Shown: positions 37,946 through 52,653 of the stretch, piece after piece | How the letters are laid out: each line of letters starts with the position of its first letter | How positions within the stretch are numbered: the first letter of the stretch is position 1 | NCBI GenBank assembly: GCA_964187785.1 | Contig: OZ076409.1 | Location: 72,604,001-72,668,000 of the forward strand | Source of the DNA: Amphiscolops sp. MND2022 | Taxonomy: Eukaryota | Reading direction: 5' to 3' | Length of the DNA stretch: 64,000 nucleotides | The notes under the pieces: generated by a model | Databases searched by the model: none | Told to the model about the DNA's origin: nothing | The model's input: the letters and a program-made list of their open reading frames with translations, nothing else | Translations under genes and position numbers: made by a program

Positions 37946-39931
37946 GTGGGCGGGGGTAATTCCCCAACAAAAATTACGGCCGGCGGGTTGGGTCCTGCCG
38001 GACGTCAAATAGCAAAGAATATCTAGTAGGAAACGGCGACACAGAATCGCGATTTTTAAATCTAACCACAATTTTTTGGACTTGGAGTGCATGCGGCCCT
38101 GAAATGCCCATACGAATCGAAGTTCCTGCTGACATTAAGCGATTGAAATAATATATAAAAAGTTATGGCCCATTTTTCACTCACAAAGAAGGGCAAAATG
38201 AGGAAATTTTTAACAAAGTCGATGATAACTCAAAATGTGTTAATTTTTGGACATTGACTGTGAAACAAGCTCGGAACCTTCATTTCGTGGCTGTGGCATT
38301 GCACTGAACACAAAAGATGTAAAGTTTTTACATTTTTTGCAAATTCGAAATTTTTGAAATTTTTTTCACTACTATCAGTACCCCATATGTCAAAAACGCC
38401 TCAGAAAAAAATTTTTATTTGCTTTAAATTGGAAACCTTGGTATCCATGGTTTCTGTCGGAACCTACTCGCAGCCAAACACTCAACAGTTTGCATCCAAT
38501 GTGAAAATATAATTTTTTTCGGGGTCATAAGCGTTTCACAAGGATTTCTCAACTTAGTATTAATTTACAAAATGGTCATTTTGAACACAATATTTTCATC
38601 GAGGCTTGTCGGCTATAGCCTTAATAGTCTCGAACGGTCCTACTGGCAACGTAGCAACCATTTATAGTAATATAAAAGATTAAAAAAATTTTTTCACCCG
38701 GTCTTCAGTCATTTTTGTGTCATTCGGAACTTAACTTAGAAAAATTTCGACCAAAATACCCATTTTTTGTGAGGTCGAAAAATCAAATTCAGATTTTTAA
38801 GCAAAATTATTAACTCTGACGTAACTCATGGGACCCATGATACTCAAAACAACGATTGACACTGGTATCAATGGCTCCAATAACATATGAGTCGCGATCG
38901 GACGTTATTTTGAGCAATACGTCTCAATTGAGGTAAAGATCTCGCAAGCCAGCGATCACTGTCAAATGTGATTTCATCAAAAATTTACTCATTTTTGTCA
39001 ATCATTATGTGCACAGAATGCGTAGGGTGCGTTTCAGCACTATAATGAGATTTTTGAATGCATCGAGTTGCTCAAGGGGTGGTACGAGACATTTTTGTCC
39101 CATATACTACTGTATTTTCCAAAATTTTTAGCCCAATATCTGGAAATACAAACTTGACAAAATACTTTCAACTACTTTATTCAAAGGTTACAATATAGAT
39201 GAACACTGTGGTTGATCAGAAACTTTCATCTCTTTCGTTTTCCGAAATATTTTCCTTCGCATGTGTTATATTTGTATCAGAAAAAAAAATCGAAACTGAA
39301 AAATACGCTATTTTGGTTATATAGAATCGAAATGATTGTGCCTAAAAACTCTTTAAACACTTCTAACGCGACCTTACGCACCCAAAATGATCGAAAATGC
39401 TATTCACAATGGTGACATGTGCTCTTTCAACGATCCTGGCTGGACAAGGTTTGCATATTTTTCAAGTACCTGTCAGCTGAATCTTGTGATAGCCTTTTAA
39501 GTTGGCCTTGTGTCAACTTGGGAAGGCTATCACATCAAACAACCATCAACAAAAATAATTTTTGTTTATTGGATATTACAGTTGATACCTCATTTCGTGA
39601 TTCTATACTACCGTTAGTATATTCCATGAGGTCACCTTACGATTGCATTCAGACTTTGATGAAAACCTATGAACTCAAAGTCACATTTATATATTTTTTG
39701 CCCAAAAAAATCATCAAAAACATCTAATATATATAAAATTGAGTCTTTAACTTTTTTACGTTTCAAGTTTCTGCCGTTATTAGGCCAATCAACTTCCTAC
39801 AGCCACGCTCTCTGTCATACTGTACAACGCCACATAGTGTTGCGACGTGCACAGTCTGTGGGCATGCCGAGGCATGCCCTTCGACGACGTATGCCGAATA
39901 CCGCGGGCCTACGCCCGCGCTCCCCGGCTAG
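37946..39931 (+). mobile_element. U15, family B short cassette (1986 bp, head B1)
   Basis: Bounded by CTAG|GTG junctions. Confidence 0.6.
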
Positions 39932-41919
39932 GTGGGCGGGGGTAATTCCCCAACAAAAATTACGGCCGGCGGGTTGGGTCCTGCCGGACGTTCAAATAGC
40001 GCGAAGCATCTAGTAGAAAACAAGGAGTCCTGAAACAGCGATTTTAAAATTGAACCGTTAGAATTTGGTTTTAGATTGCATGCGGCCCTAAAATCCCCAT
40101 ACGAATGGAAGTTCCTGCTGGCGTTAAGCGATTGAAATAATATATAAAAAGTTATGGCCCATTTTTGGGTCACCGAGAAGGTCAAAATGAGGAAAATTTT
40201 AACTAAGTTGCTGATAACTCAAAATGTGTTAATTTTTGGACTTTGACTGTGAAACAAGCTTGGAACCTTCATTTCGTGGCTGTGGCATTGCACTGAACAC
40301 AAAAGATGTAAAGTTTTCACATTTTTTGAAAATTCGACATTTTTGAATTTTTTTTCACTACTATCAGTACACTATATGTCAAAAACACCTCTGAAAAAAT
40401 TTTTTATTTGCTTAAATTTAGAAACCTCGGTATCCATGGTTTCCGTCAGTACCTACTCGCTGCCAAACACTCAACAGTTTGCATCCAATGTGAAAATAAA
40501 ATTTTTTTCGAGGTCTTAGGTGTTTCACAAGGATTTCTCAACTTAGTATCAATTTACAAATTGGTCATTTTGAACACATTATTTTCATCGAAGCGTGTCA
40601 TATACCGCCCTAATGCTCACGAACGGGCCTACTGGCAACGTTGGAACCATTTATAGTAATAAAAAGTTTTAAAAAAATTTTTTCACCCCGTCTTCAGTCA
40701 TTTTACACACTTTCGGAACTTAACTTAGAAAAATTTCAACCAAAAACCCATTTTTTGTCAAGTCGAAAATTCAAATTCAGCTTTTTAAGCAAAATAAATA
40801 AAGCTGACATAACCAGTGGGGCCCATGAAACTCAAAACCACGATTGAGACTGGTATCAAGTGCTCCAATAACATATGAGTCGCGATAAGACGGTATTTTG
40901 AGCAAAACATCTCAATTGAGGTAAAGATCTCGCAAGCCAGCGATCACTGTGAAATGTGATTTCATCAAAAATTTACTCTTTTTTGTCAATCACTATGTTC
41001 ACAGAATGCGTAGGGTGCGTTTCAGCACTATAATGAGGTTTTTGAAGGCATCGAGTTGCTCAAGGGGTGGTATGAGACATTTTTGTCCCATATACTACTG
41101 TAGTTTCCAAAATTTTTACCCCAATATCTGGAAATACAAACTTGACAAAATACTTTCAACTACTTTATTCAAAGGTTACAATATAGATGAACACTGTGGT
41201 TGATAAGAAACTTTCATCTCTTTCGTTTTCGGAAATATTTCCGTTCGCATGTGTTACATTCATAGCAGAAAAAAAATCGAAACTGAAAAATACGCTATTT
41301 TGCTGATATAGAATCGCAATGATTGTGCCTAAAAACTCTTTAAACACTTCTAACGCAACCTTACGCACCCAAAATGATCGAAAATGCTATTCACAATGGT
41401 GACATGTGCTCTTTCTACGATCCTGGCTGGACAAGGTTTGCATATTTTTCATGTACCTGTCAGCTAAATCTTGTGATAGCCTTTTCAGTTGGCCTTGTGT
41501 CAACTTGGGAAGGCTATCACATCAAAAAACCATCAACAAAAATAATTTTTGTTTATTGGATCTTACAGTCGATACTTTTTTTCGTGATTCTATACTACCG
41601 TTAGTATATTTCATCAGGTCACCTTACGATTGCATTCAGTCTTTGATAAAAACCTATGAACTCAAAGTCACATTTATATATTTTTTTGCCAAAAAAAATC
41701 ATCAAAAATATCTAAAATATATAAAATAGAATCTTTAACTTTTTTACATTTCAAGTTTCTTCCGTTATTAGGCCAATCAACGTCCTAGAGCCACATCCTG
41801 CCACATACTGTACAACGCCACATAGTGTTGCGACGTTCACGGTCTGTGGGCATGCCGAGGCATGCCCTTCGACGACGTATGCCGAATACCGCGGGCCTAC
41901 GCCCGCGCTCCCCGGCTAG
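39932..41919 (+). mobile_element. U16, family B short cassette, subtype B2 (1988 bp)
   Basis: Near-identical to U9. Confidence 0.6.
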
Positions 41920-43903
41920 GTGGGCGGGGGTAATTCCCCTTCAAAAAATTCGGCCGGCGGGTTGGGTCCTGCCGGACGTCAAATAGTGTGAAACATCCAG
42001 TAGGAAACGGCGACATAAATCAGCGATTTTAAAATTTAACCGTTAGAATTCGGACTTGGAGTGCATGCGGCCCCAAAATGCCCATAAGAATCGAAGTTCC
42101 TGCTGACGTTAAGCGATAAAAACATTTTATAAAAAGTTATGGCCCATTTTACGTTCACCTATAAGGGTAAAATGAGGAAAATATTTACAAAGTCGCTGAT
42201 AACTCAAAATACATTATTTTTTGGACTTTGACTGTGAAACAAGCTTAGAACCTTCATTTCGTGGCTGTGGCATTGCATTGAACACAAAAGATGTAAAGTT
42301 TTCACATTTTTCGAAAATTCGACATTTTTGTTTTTTTTTTCACTACTATCAGTACACTATATGTCAAAAACACCTCTGAAAAAAATTATTATTTGCTTAA
42401 AATTGGAAACCTTGGTATCCATGGTTTCTGTCGGAACCTACTCGCTGCCAAACACCCAACAGTTTGCATCCAATGTGAATTTAAAATTTTTTTCGAGGTC
42501 ATAAGGGTTTCACAAGGTTTTCATAACTTAGTATTAAACTACAAACTGGTCATTTTCAACATAATATCTTTGTCGAGGCATGTCGGATATAGTCCTATTG
42601 CTCACGAACGGTCCTACTGGCAACGTAATAACCATTTATAGAAATGTAAAGTTATAAAAAAATTTTTCACCCGGTCTTCAGTCATTTTTCAGTCATTCGG
42701 AACTTAACTTAGAAAAATTTCGACCAAAATATCCATTTTTTGTCAGGTCGAAAAATCAAATTCAGATTTTTAAGCAAAATTATTAACTCTGACGTAACCC
42801 ATGGGGCCCATGATACTCAAAACAACGATTGACACTGGTATCAATGGCTCCAATAACATATGAGTCGCGATAAGACGTTATTTTGAGCATTACGTCTCAA
42901 TTGAGGTAAAGATCTCGCAAGCCAGCGATCACTGTGAAATGTGATTTCATCAAAAATTTACTCTTTTTTGTCAATCACTATGTGCACAGAATGCGTAGGG
43001 TGCGTTTCAGCACTATAATGAGGTTTTTGAAGGCATCGAGTTGCTCAAGGGGTGGTATGAGACATTTTTGTCCCATATACTACTGTATTTTCCAAAATTT
43101 TTAGCCCAATATCTGGAAATACAAACTTGACAAAATACTTTCAACTACTTTATTCAAAGGTTACAATATAGATGAACACTGTGGTTGATCAGAAACTTTC
43201 ATCTCTTTCGTTTTCCGAAATATTTCCCTTCGCATGTGTTACATTCGTAGCAGAAAAAAAATCGAAACTGAAAAATACGCAATTTTGCTAATATAGAATC
43301 GCAATGATTGTTCCTAAAAACTCTTTAAACACTTCTAACGCAACCTTACGCACCCAAAATGATCGAAAATGCTATTCACAATGGTGACATGTGCTCTTTC
43401 TACGATCCTGGCTGGACAAGGTTTGCATATTTTTCAAGTACCTGTCAGCTAAATCTTGTGATAGCCTTTTCAGTTGGCCTTGTGTCAACTTGGGAAGGCT
43501 ATCACATCAAAAAACCATCAACAAAAATAATTCTTGTTTATTGGATCTTACAGTCGATACTTTTTTTCGTGATTCTATACTACCGTTAGTATATTTCATC
43601 AGGTCACCTTACGATTGCATTCAGTCTTTGATAAAAACCTATGAACTCAAAGTCACATTTATATATTTTTTGGCCAAAAAAAACATCAAAAATATCTAAA
43701 ATATATGAAATAGAGTCTTTAACATTTTTACGTTTCAAGTTTTTGCCGTTATTAAGCCAATCAACGTCCTAGAGCCACATCCTGCCACATACTGTACAAC
43801 GCCACATAGTGTTGCGACGTGCACAGTCTGTGGGCATGCCGAGGCATGCCCTTCGACGACGTATGCCGAATACCGCGGGCCTACGCCCGCGCTCCCCGGC
43901 TAG
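41920..43903 (+). mobile_element. U17, family B short cassette, head B4 (1984 bp)
   Basis: Head ...GGACGTCAAATAGTGTGAAACATCC, shared with U23. Confidence 0.6.
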
Positions 43904-45901
43904 GTGGGCGGGGGTAATTCCCCAACAAAAATTACGGCCGGCGGGTTGGGTCCTGCCGGACGTTCAAATAGCGCGAAGCATCTAGTAGAAAACAAGGAGT
44001 CCTGAAACAGCGATTTTAAAATTGAACCGTTAGAATTTGGTTTTAGATTGCATGCGGCCCTAAAATCCCCATACGAATGGAAGTTCCTGCTGGCGTTAAG
44101 CGATTGAAATAATGTATAAAAAGTTATGGCCCATTTTTGGATCACCGAGAAGGTCAAAATGAGGAAATTTTTAACAAAGTCGCTGATAACTCAAAATGTG
44201 TTAATTTTTGGACATTGACTGTGAAACAAGCTTGGAACCTTCATTTCGTGGCTGTGGCATTGCACTGAACACAAAAGATGTAAAGTTTTTACATTTTTTG
44301 AAAATTCGACATTTTTGAAATTTTTTTCACTACTATCAGTACCCCATATGTCAAAAACGCCTCAGAAAAAAATTTTTATTTTCTTTAAATTGGAAACCTT
44401 GGTATCCATGGTTTCTGTCGGAACCTACTCGCAGCCAAACACCCAACAGTTTGCATCCAATGTGGAAATAAAAGTTTTTTCGGGGTCATAAGCGTTTCAC
44501 AAGGATTTCTCAACTTAGTATTAATTTACAAAATGGTCATTTTGAACACAATATTTTCATCGAGGCTTGTCGGCTATAGCCTTAATGTTCTAGAACGGTC
44601 CCACTGGCAACGTAGGAACCATTTATAGTAATAGAAAGTTTAAAAAAAATTTTTTTCACCCGGTCTTCAGTCATTTTTCAGTCATTCGGAACTTAACTTA
44701 GAAAAATTTCGACCAAAATACCCATTTTTTGTCAATTCGAAATTTCAAATTCAGATTTTTAAACAAAATTATTAACTCTGACGTAACCCATGGGGCCTAT
44801 GATACTCAAAACAACAATTGACACTGGTATCAATGGCTCCAATAACATATGAGTCGCGATAGGACGTTTTTTTGAGCAATACGTCTCAATTGAGGTAAAG
44901 ATCTCGCAAGCCAGCGATCACTGTGAAATGCGATTTCATCAAAAATTTACTCATTTTTGTCAATCACTATGTGCACAGAATGCGTAGGGTGCGTTTCAGC
45001 ACTATAATGAGGTTTTTGAATGCATCGAGTTGCTCAAGGTGTGGTATGAGACATTTTTGTCCCATATACTACTGTATTTTCCAATATTTTTAGCCCAATA
45101 TCTGGAAATACAAACTTGACAAAATACTTTCAACTACTTTATTCAAAGGTTACAATATAGATGAACACTGTGGTTGATCAGAAACTTTCATCTCTTTCGT
45201 TTTCCGAAATATTTCCCTTCACATGTGTTATATTTTTAGCAGAATAAAATATCGAAACTGAAAAATACGCTATTTTGCTAATATAGAATCGCAATGATTG
45301 TGCCTAAAAACTCTTTAAACACTTCTAACGCGACCTTACGCACCCGAAATGATCGAAAATGCTATTCACAATGGTGACATGTGCTCTTTCTACGATCCTG
45401 GCTGGACAAGGTTTGCATATTTTTCAAGTACCTGTCTGCTGAATCTTGTGATAGCCTTTTAAGTTGGCCTTGTGTCAACTTGGGAAGGCTATCACTTCAA
45501 ACAACCATCAACAAAAATAATTTTTGTTTATTGGATATTACAAATGATACCTTTTTTCGTGATTCTATATTACCGTTAGTATATTCCATGAGGTCACCTT
45601 ACGATTGCATTCAGACTTTGATAAAAACCTATGAACTCAAAGTCACATTTATATATTTTTTGCCCAAAAAAATCATCAAAAACATCTATAAAATATATAA
45701 AATAGAGTCTTTAACTTTTTTACGTTTCAAGTTTCTGCCGTTATTAAGCCAATCAACTTCCTACAGCCACGCTCTCTGTCATTCTGTACAACGCCACATA
45801 GTGTTGCGACGTGCACGGTCTGTGGGCATGCCGAGGCATGCCCTTCGACGACGTATGGCAATTTTAGCGTAGCCCGCGGTCACTACCGCGGTAGCAGCTA
45901 G
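43904..45901 (+). mobile_element. U18, mosaic family B short cassette (1998 bp)
   Basis: B2 head to ~44160, then a B1-like body; tail matches U24. Confidence 0.6.
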
Positions 45902-48900
45902 GTGGGCGGGGGTAATTCCCCAACAAAAAAATCGGCCGGCGGGTCGGGTCCTGCCGGCCGTCCAAAATCAAAATCCTCCTAGTAGAAAACGGCATGTCAA
46001 ACGAGCTATTTTTTTATTTAACCATTAGAATTTCACCATTTTTTGCATGCGGCCCTGAAATGGCCATACGAGACGAAGTTCCTGCTGACGTTTTGCGATG
46101 TAAATGTTTTATAAAAAGTTATGGCCGATTTGTCATTCACCTAGAAGGGTAAAATGAGGAAAATTTTAACAAAGTCGCTGATAACTCAAAATGTGTTAAT
46201 TTTTGGACTTTGACTGTGAAACAAGCTTGGAACCTTCATTTCGTGGCTGTGGCATTGCACTGAACGCAAAAGATGTAAAGTTTTTACATTTTTTGAAAAT
46301 TTGACATTTTTGAAATTTCTTTCACTACTATCAGTATCATATATGTCAAAAACACCTCAGAAAAAAAATTTTATTTGCTTTAACTTGGAAACCTTGGTAT
46401 CCATGGTTTCTGTCGGAACCTACTCGCAACCAAACAACCAACAGTTTGCATCCAATGTGAAAATAAAAACTTTTTCTGGGTCATAAGCGTTTCACAAGGA
46501 TTTCTCAACTTAGTATTAATTTACAAAATGGTCATTTTGAACACAATATTTTCATCGAGGCTTGTCGGCTATAGCCTTAATGTTCTAGAACGGTCCCACT
46601 GGCAACGTAGGAACCATTTATAGTAATAGAAAGTTTAAAAAAATATATTTTCACCCTGTCTTCAGTCATTTTTCAGTCATTCGGAACTTAACTTAGAAAA
46701 ATTTCGACCAAAATACCCATTTTTTGACAGATCGAAAATTCAAATTCAACTTTTTAAGCAAAATTATTAACTCTGACGTAACCAGTGGGGCTCATGATAC
46801 TCAAAAACACGATTGGGACTGGTACCAATGGCTCCAATATCATATGAGCCGCGATAAGACGTTATTTTGAGCAATACGTCTCAATTGAGGGAAACATCTC
46901 GCAAGCCTGGGATCACAGTTAAAAGTGATTTCGTCAAAAATTTACTCTTTTTCGTCTATCACTATGTACACAGAGTGCGTAGGGTGAGTTTCAGCACTAT
47001 AATGCGGTTTTTGAAGGAATCGGTCTGCTCAAGGGGTGGTATGAGACATTTTTTTTTGCATGTAGTACTATATTTCCTAAAACTTTTAGCCCATTATCTC
47101 GAAAAGCTCACTTCGCAAATTACTTTCAGTTACTCTATTCGAAGCTTAGAATATATATGAACACTGTGGTTGATCAGAAACTCTTGACTATTTTGTTTTT
47201 GGAAAAAAACTGCCTTGCATGTGTTACATTAGTGGCAGGAAAAATACCAGTAGCTCCAAAAATCACAATTTTGGACGGACAGACCTGCAATGATGCAAAG
47301 CAAAAACGTTTCAACAACTTCTGGCGCCACTTTTTTTACCCAAGAGGTTCGAAATTACTATTAACAATGCTGACATTCGCTATATATAAGATCGAGGACA
47401 ATTTACTAACACTTAGGTTATACATTTATATCTGAGAAACCATTCTTTGTCAGGTCGCAATTTTAAATTTAGTTTGGGAAGCAATACTTTTCACTCTGAA
47501 GCAAACCGTTGGGCCCAAATTACTCAAAAACTACAAAAAGACTGTCACCAAATGCCCTAATAGCATATGAGATTCGACCGTATGTTTTTAACACAAAAAC
47601 TCTCATCCGAAGTAAACATGTTGAAAGCCTTGAATCACCGTGAGAAATGATTTCATCAAAAATATCCCTTTTTCGTCAATCTTTATCTACACAGAACACG
47701 TTGTGTCATTTTCAGCCGTGAAATGAGCTTCTACCGTAATATGGGTTGCTCAAGGTGTTGTATAAGACAAAAACTTCCTCTTTTCTACTATCTTCTTCAA
47801 ATATTTCAACCCTTTGTCACAAGAAGTTAATATTCAAAATCTCTTTGAAATGTTTCTTTAGGTTGGTGTGAAGTGTTAGAACAATAATTAAGATCGAAGA
47901 ATGATAGTATTGGTGTTTGGACCATGTCCGGATGAACAAATTGCAAAATCATGAAAAATTTCTTACCATTTTTGGTCATTTTGTCAGTACTAAAAATGTT
48001 AGCTGAAAAAGAATTTTTTTGATGGCACCATTGGATTCCTCTCAAAAAGTTAGCTATATGAACTGTGTAATAACCCCGTATCTTTTCAATTTAAATAATT
48101 TTAAAAAGCAAACTTTTTTGACTAAAATCCTAAAAATCATACCATTTCCTAAAAAATTTCAAATGCCCCCCATTCGACGTATAAGAATAGCACAGAAAAC
48201 TATCACATACCGATCGACTCTACTTCCATTGTAGATTACCAGAATTTTGTTTAGAACAATTTTTGACGGATGCAAAAAAATTTAAACCCTCCAAAAAAGG
48301 GCCAAAATTACACGAAAAAATTGACCTTAAAATTTTAAAATGTCGAAAAATCATCAAAACCACAGCTTCTTGGGGTTCTATCAACTCCACGTGGTCCACA
48401 GAGTATGTTAAAACAAGTTTTACCCGTATTTGAGCAATATGTGAAAAAGCCGACTTTTTTGGGAATGAAAAACATACCATTTCCTAAAAAATTTCAAACG
48501 CACCCCATTTGACGTATAAGAATAGCACAGAAAACTATCACATACCGATCGACTCTACTTCCATTGTAGGTTACCAGAATCTTGTTTAGAACATTTGTTG
48601 ACGGATGCAAAAAAAAATAAAACCCTCCAAAAATGGGCCAAAATTACACGAAAAAATTGACCTTAAATTTTTAAAATGTCAAAAAATCATCAAAACCACA
48701 GCTTCTTGGGGTTCTATCAACTCCACGTGGTCCACAGAGTATGCTAAAACAGGTTTTACCTGTTTCTGAGCTATATGTGAAAAAACCGACATTTTGGGGA
48801 AGAAAAACATACCATTTCCTAAAAAATTTCAAATGCACGCCATTTGCCGTATGAGAATAGCACAGAAAACTATCACATACCGATCAACTCTACTTCTATT

Positions 48901-50664
48901 GTAGATTATCAGATTTTTGTTTAGAACAAATTTTTATGGATATAAAAAATTTTTAAACCCTCCAAAAATGAGCCAAAATAACACGAAAAAATGGACCCTA
49001 AATTTTTAAAATGTCAAAAAATTATCCAAACCACAGCTTCTTGGGGTTCTATCAGCTCCACGTGGTCCACAGAGTATGCTAAAACAGGTTTTGCCCGTTT
49101 TTGAGCAGTATATGAAAAAGCCGACATTTTTGGGGAAGAAAAACATACCATTTCCTAAATAATTTCAAATGCAGGCAATTTGCCGTATGAGAGTAGCACA
49201 GAAAACTATCACACACCGATCAACTCTACTTCTTTTGTAGATTATCAGAATTATGTTTAGAGTAAAGTTTTATGGATATGAAAAATTTTTATACCCTCCA
49301 AAAATGGGCCAAAATGACACGAAAAAATTGACCTCAAATTTTTAAAATGTCAAAAAATTATCCAAACCACAGCGTCTTGGCGTTCTATCAACTCCAAATG
49401 ACCTTCAGAGTATACCAAACCAGGTATTGCCAATCTTTTGAGCAATATTTAAAAACACCGACTATTTGGCAAGAACACCATAATATGTTCCATATAAGAA
49501 GTGAATCATTCCACATATATACCCGGTCTAATATTTTCAAATTAGCGATAACATTAATACATGATGTTTTTTGAAAGTGAGCTTCATAAGAGGTTGAGAT
49601 GTAATAATACGTAAATGGACCCTAAGTTTCATTGAAATCTCAATGGAATACGTCCAATCAACTTCAATCCTAACTATTATATAACAAGAAACACTTGAGT
49701 ACATTCCATCTCCCCATCGGGGGAGATGAGAATGTACTTTTCAAAAGCCAAAATTTTCGAATTTTAAATCTTTTGTAACATTGTATGTAACTGTTGAAAC
49801 GATGAACGAATAAAAATGCTTCTAGTACCTTCATCAATTTTTGCTTCAGCTCCTATTTCTGCAGAACAAAACCAAAAGACACACTTACAGCAGTTAAGTT
49901 CGATTGTATAACTCAGTGAATAAAGGTATGACTGAGGAAGTTCACAAGTTGTTTCAAAAGTTTCCGGCCTTCCAAAATCATGAAACGTCCACACAACCAA
50001 GATAGCAAGTGAAAGAATGCTGAATGCACCTTATTAGATGAGATAAATAACGTGTGGAACTTGCCATTATCTTAAGATGACGTTGATTTATGATCTTTTA
50101 AGGATAGTTCGATATGTGACCACAATAGTGGAAAACTTATTACTATTTGAAGAACACCGTGGAAAGCGTTCAGAAAGGACAGTATATTTGTTTCGAGCAT
50201 GCATGCGTGTGTTCCTTTGGTGACGTTAGCTTAGTGTACATGACGGAGGTATTCGAGAGATTATGATAGAGTTTACTCACAAGTCTTTGTTTTTTAAAAC
50301 TTTCTATGCCGTTGAGTACATTCGTAAGGTACATCCATCCCCTTCTCTGGGAATGTACGTTTGCCAAATGACTGTCATCCAAAATTCGTAATCCGGACGA
50401 GTTTAACTACATAAACATGTGATGAGCGTTTTCTATTCAAAACCGAATAACTTTTTTTTTCTCGAAAATGATGATGGTTTTGATTTTGATGTCTTCTACT
50501 TTTATCATCATGCAAACGACCTTACCATGTCTCTCTTCTGTCGTCATTTGTACAACGCCACATAGCGTTCCGACGCCCACCGTCTGTGGGCATGCCGAGG
50601 CATGCCCTTCGACGACGTATGCCAAATGAGCCATACCCGCACTCTGGAGTGCGGTAGCGGCTAG
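45902..50664 (+). mobile_element. U19, long cassette (4763 bp), recent copy of U11
   Basis: Colinear with U11 at an offset of 21459 bp; the ORF-track peptides are nearly all identical. Confidence 0.6.
48138..49478 (+). repeat. Internal tandem repeat, 4 x ~336 bp (U19)
   Basis: Same as 26679-28019 shifted by 21459 bp. Confidence 0.95.
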
Positions 50665-52653
50665 GTGGGCGGGGGTAATTCCCCAACAAAAATTACGGCC
50701 GGCGGGTTGGGTCCTGCCGGACGTTCAAATAGCGCGAAGCATCTAGTAGAAAACAAGGAGTCCTGAAACAGCGATTTTAAAATTGAACCGTTAGAATTTG
50801 GTTTTAGATTGCATGCGGCCCTAAAATCCCCATACGAATGGAAGTTCCTGCTGGCGTTAAGCGATTGAAATAATATATAAAAAGTTATGGCCCATTTTTG
50901 GGTCACCGAGAAGGTCAAAATGAGGAAAATTTTAACTAAGTTGCTGATAACTCAAAATGTGTTAAATTTTGGACTTTGACTGTGAAACAAGCTTGGAACC
51001 TTCATTTCGTGGCTGTGGCATTGCACTGAACACAAAAGATGTAAAGGTTTCACATTTTTTGAAAATTCGACATTTTTGAATTTTTTTTCACTACTATCAG
51101 TACACTATATGTCAAAAACACCTCTGAAAAATTTTTTTATTTGCTTAAATTAAGAAACCTCGGTATCCATGGTTTCCGTCAGTACCTACTCGCTGCCAAA
51201 CACTCAACAGTTTGCATCCAATGTGAAAATAAATTTTTTTTCGAGGTCTTAGGTGTTTCACAAGGATTTCTCAACTTAGTATCAATTTACAAATTGGTCA
51301 TTTTGAACACATTATTTTCATCGAAGCGTGTCATATACCGCCCTAATGCTCACGAACGGGCCTACTGGCAACGTTGGAACCATTTATAGTAATAAAAAGT
51401 TTTAAAAAAAATTTTTCACCCCGTCTTCAGTCATTTTACACACTTTCGGAACTTAACTTAGAAAAATTTCAACCAAAAACCCATTTTTTGTCAAGTCGAA
51501 AATTCAAATTCAGCTTTTTAAGCAAAATAAATAAATCTGACATAACCAGTGGGGCCCATGAAACTCAAAACCACGATTGAGACTGGTATCAATGGCTCCA
51601 ATAACATATGAGTCGCGATAAGACGCTATTTTGAGCAAAACATCTCAATTGAGGTAAAGATCTCGCAAGCCAGCGATCACTGTGAAATGTGATTTCATCA
51701 AAAATTTACTCTTTTTTGTCAATCACTATGTGCACAGAATGCGTAGGGTGCGTTTCAGCACTATAATGAGGTTTTTGAAGGCATCGAGTTGCTCAAGGGG
51801 TGGTATGAGACATTTTTGTCCCATATACTACTGTAGTTTCCAAAATTTTTACCCCAGTGTCTGGAAATACAAACTTGACAAAATACTTTCAACTACTTTA
51901 TTCAAAGGTTACAATATAGATGAACACTGTGGTTGATAAGAAACTTTCATCTCTTTCGTTTTCGGAAATATTTCCGTTCGCATGTGTTACATTCATAGCA
52001 GAAAAAAAAATCGAAACTGAAAAATACGCTATTTTGCTGATATAGAATCGCAATGATTGTGCCTAAAAACTCTTTAAACACTTCTAACGCAACCTTACGC
52101 ACCCAAAATGATCGAAAATGCTATTCACAATGGTGACATGTGCTCTTTCTACGATCCTGGCTGGACAAGGTTTGCATATTTTTCAAGTACCTGTCAGCTA
52201 AATCTTGTGATAGCCTTTTCAGTTGGCCTTGTGTCAACTTGGGAAGGCTATCACATCAAAAAACCATCAACAAAAATAATTATTGTTTATTGGATCTTAC
52301 AGTCGATACTTTTTTTCGTGATTCTATACTACCGTTAGTATATTTCATCAGGTCACCTTATGATTGCATTCAGTCTTTGATAAAAACCTATGAACTCAAA
52401 GTCACATTTATATATTTTTTTGCCAAAAAATAACATCAAAAATATCTAAAATATATAAAATAGAGTCTTTAACATTTTTACGTTTCAAGTTTTTGCCGTT
52501 ATTAGGCCAATCAACGTCCTAGAGCCACATCCTGCTACATACTGTACAACGCCACATAGTGTTGTGACGTGCACAGTCTGTGGGCATGCCGAGGCATGCC
52601 CTTCGACGACGCATGCCGAATACCGCGGGCCTACGCCCGCGCTCCCCGGCTAG
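50665..52653 (+). mobile_element. U20, family B short cassette, subtype B2 (1989 bp)
   Basis: Near-identical to U9 and U16; carries the only core variant seen (ACGACGCAT). Confidence 0.6.

Noticed and set aside
24443..50664. Assembly artefact as the cause of the duplicated units
   Set aside because: Copies carry private substitutions and different neighbours, and most units are distinct. An artefact is unlikely, though only raw long reads can exclude it.
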